From a virus (lineage: Duplodnaviria; Caudoviricetes): a DNA stretch of 35,031 nucleotides. The notes beneath the pieces are model-generated. The model saw only the letters and a list, made by a program, of their open reading frames with translations. It ran no database searches and was not told the DNA's origin. The stretch lies in the IMG/VR virus record IMGVR_UViG_3300013767_000206, positions 1 to 35,031 of that record. One strand, 5' to 3'. The translations under genes were made by a program, and so were the position numbers. Position 1 is the first letter of the stretch. Every line of letters starts with the position of its first letter. Shown one piece after another: positions 33,989-35,031 of the stretch.

Positions 33989-35031
33989 TGGCCGAGCTTC
34001 ACCAACCTGACCACCTGATGATGCTGGATCCGTCCCCGATGATGGCTAAGGATGCCGGCGCTGGCTTCGAGGCTTTCACCTTTGGCGATCCGATGCCGGT
34101 GCTCGATCGACGCGAAATCATGGACTACTTGGAGTGCCAGAACGCCGGCCGCTGGTATGAGCCGCCGATCAGCTGGGAGGGGCTGGCGCGTAGCTGGCGG
34201 GCGTCGGTGCATCACAACAGCGCGATCGCGGTGAAACGCAACGTACTGACCCGGACGTTCCAGCCGCATCCGCTGTTGAGCCGATCGGCGTTCCAGCAGA
34301 TGGCTCAGGATTTCTTGGTGTTCGGCAACATGTACGTGGAGGCACCACGCAACCGGCTGCGCGGTCGCCTACCGCTGGCACCGGCCCTGGCCAAGTTTGT
34401 CCGCCGCGGTACGGACCTAGCGCGTTACTGGTGGGTGCCCAGCTGGAATCAGGCCAGCGAACTGGGCGAGCTGTTCCACCTAATGGAGCACGACATCAAC
34501 CAAGAGGTGTACGGCCTGCCGGAGTACCTGGCCGCGCTGAATAGTGCGTGGCTGAATGAGTCGGCGACGCTGTTCCGCCGCAAGTACTACCTGAACGGCA
34601 GCCACGCGGGGTTCATTCTGTACCTGACCGATCCGGCGCAGAGCCCGGAGGATGTCGACGCGATGCGCTCGGCGCTGAAGAACAGCAAGGGCCCGGGCAA
34701 CTTCCGTAACCTGTTCTTGTACGCACCGAACGGCAAGAAAGACGGGATCCAGATCATTCCGATCAGTGAGGTGGCCGCGCGTGACGAGTTCTTCAACATC
34801 AAGAACGTGACGCGCGACGACGTGCTGGCCGCGCACCGAGTACCGGCGCAGCTGATGGGGGTGATCCCTAACAACACGGGCGGGTTTGGTGATGCCGAGA
34901 AGGCGGCCCGGGTGTTCTACGAGAACGAGATCGCACCGCTGCAGGCCCGGTTCCAGGAACTGAACGACTGGTTGGGTGAGGAGGTGGTGACGTTCGGGCC
35001 GTACTCGTTGGCCGAACAGTCAGTGCCGTGA
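33988..35031 (+). CDS. gpQ: Portal protein Q (PBSX family)
   Basis: FTFGDP, WYEPP, QEVYGLPEY, FRRKYYLNGSHAG, AAHRVP; TGATG coupling with P. Confidence 0.97.
   Translation: MAELHQPDHLMMLDPSPMMAKDAGAGFEAFTFGDPMPVLDRREIMDYLECQNAGRWYEPPISWEGLARSWRASVHHNSAIAVKRNVLTRTFQPHPLLSRSAFQQMAQDFLVFGNMYVEAPRNRLRGRLPLAPALAKFVRRGTDLARYWWVPSWNQASELGELFHLMEHDINQEVYGLPEYLAALNSAWLNESATLFRRKYYLNGSHAGFILYLTDPAQSPEDVDAMRSALKNSKGPGNFRNLFLYAPNGKKDGIQIIPISEVAARDEFFNIKNVTRDDVLAAHRVPAQLMGVIPNNTGGFGDAEKAARVFYENEIAPLQARFQELNDWLGEEVVTFGPYSLAEQSVP

Larger units (their letters stand above)
1..35031. mobile_element. P2-like temperate phage/prophage (phiCTX-type order, int next to the replication module), nearly complete
   Basis: Colinear P2 homologues Q,P,O,N,M,L,X, holins, lysin, spanins, R,S,V,W,J,I,H,G,FI,FII,E/E',T,U,D plus ogr, A and integrase; att/cos not inside the window. 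Confidence 0.97.

Noticed and set aside
1-35031. att sites, cos site, CRISPR array, tRNA, IS elements, LexA box
   Set aside because: Window ends at the int and Q stop codons so att/cos are outside; no repeat-spacer array, tRNA or transposase seen, and no CTGT-N8-ACAG box noticed in the intergenic regions inspected by eye

Overview
The window is almost the whole of a P2-like (phiCTX/phiE202-type gene order) temperate myophage or prophage. It runs from the stop codon of a tyrosine integrase at position 1 to the stop codon of the portal gene Q at 35031; att and cos sites lie outside it. The backbone is GC-rich, which suggests a beta- or gamma-proteobacterial host (inference only). From left to right: int-xis; small early genes; rolling-circle initiator A with its internal origin; ogr; a CII/YmfL-like gene; an RHH gene facing two tandem paralogous XRE repressors; a 5.5 kb accessory hotspot (7021-12517); then the full P2 tail, lysis, head and packaging set. 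The hotspot holds a Septu/PtuAB-like ATPase+HNH pair, a phage ABA-sandwich-like gene, a PH+SHOCT gene and a three-gene HicA-HicB(with C-terminal tail)-SecB-like toxin-antitoxin-chaperone operon, which is the best candidate for an uncharacterised anti-phage system. The hotspot also contains diverged internal copies of both of its own borders: the post-repressor hairpin element and the 3' end of gene D. This suggests defence cassettes were stacked in tandem. Other notable items are a three-way-junction RNA-like element upstream of xis, a LuxR-HTH moron divergent from the sheath gene, and three copies of a late-promoter (Ogr-type) inverted repeat. All family calls come from motif recognition by eye; no searches were run.
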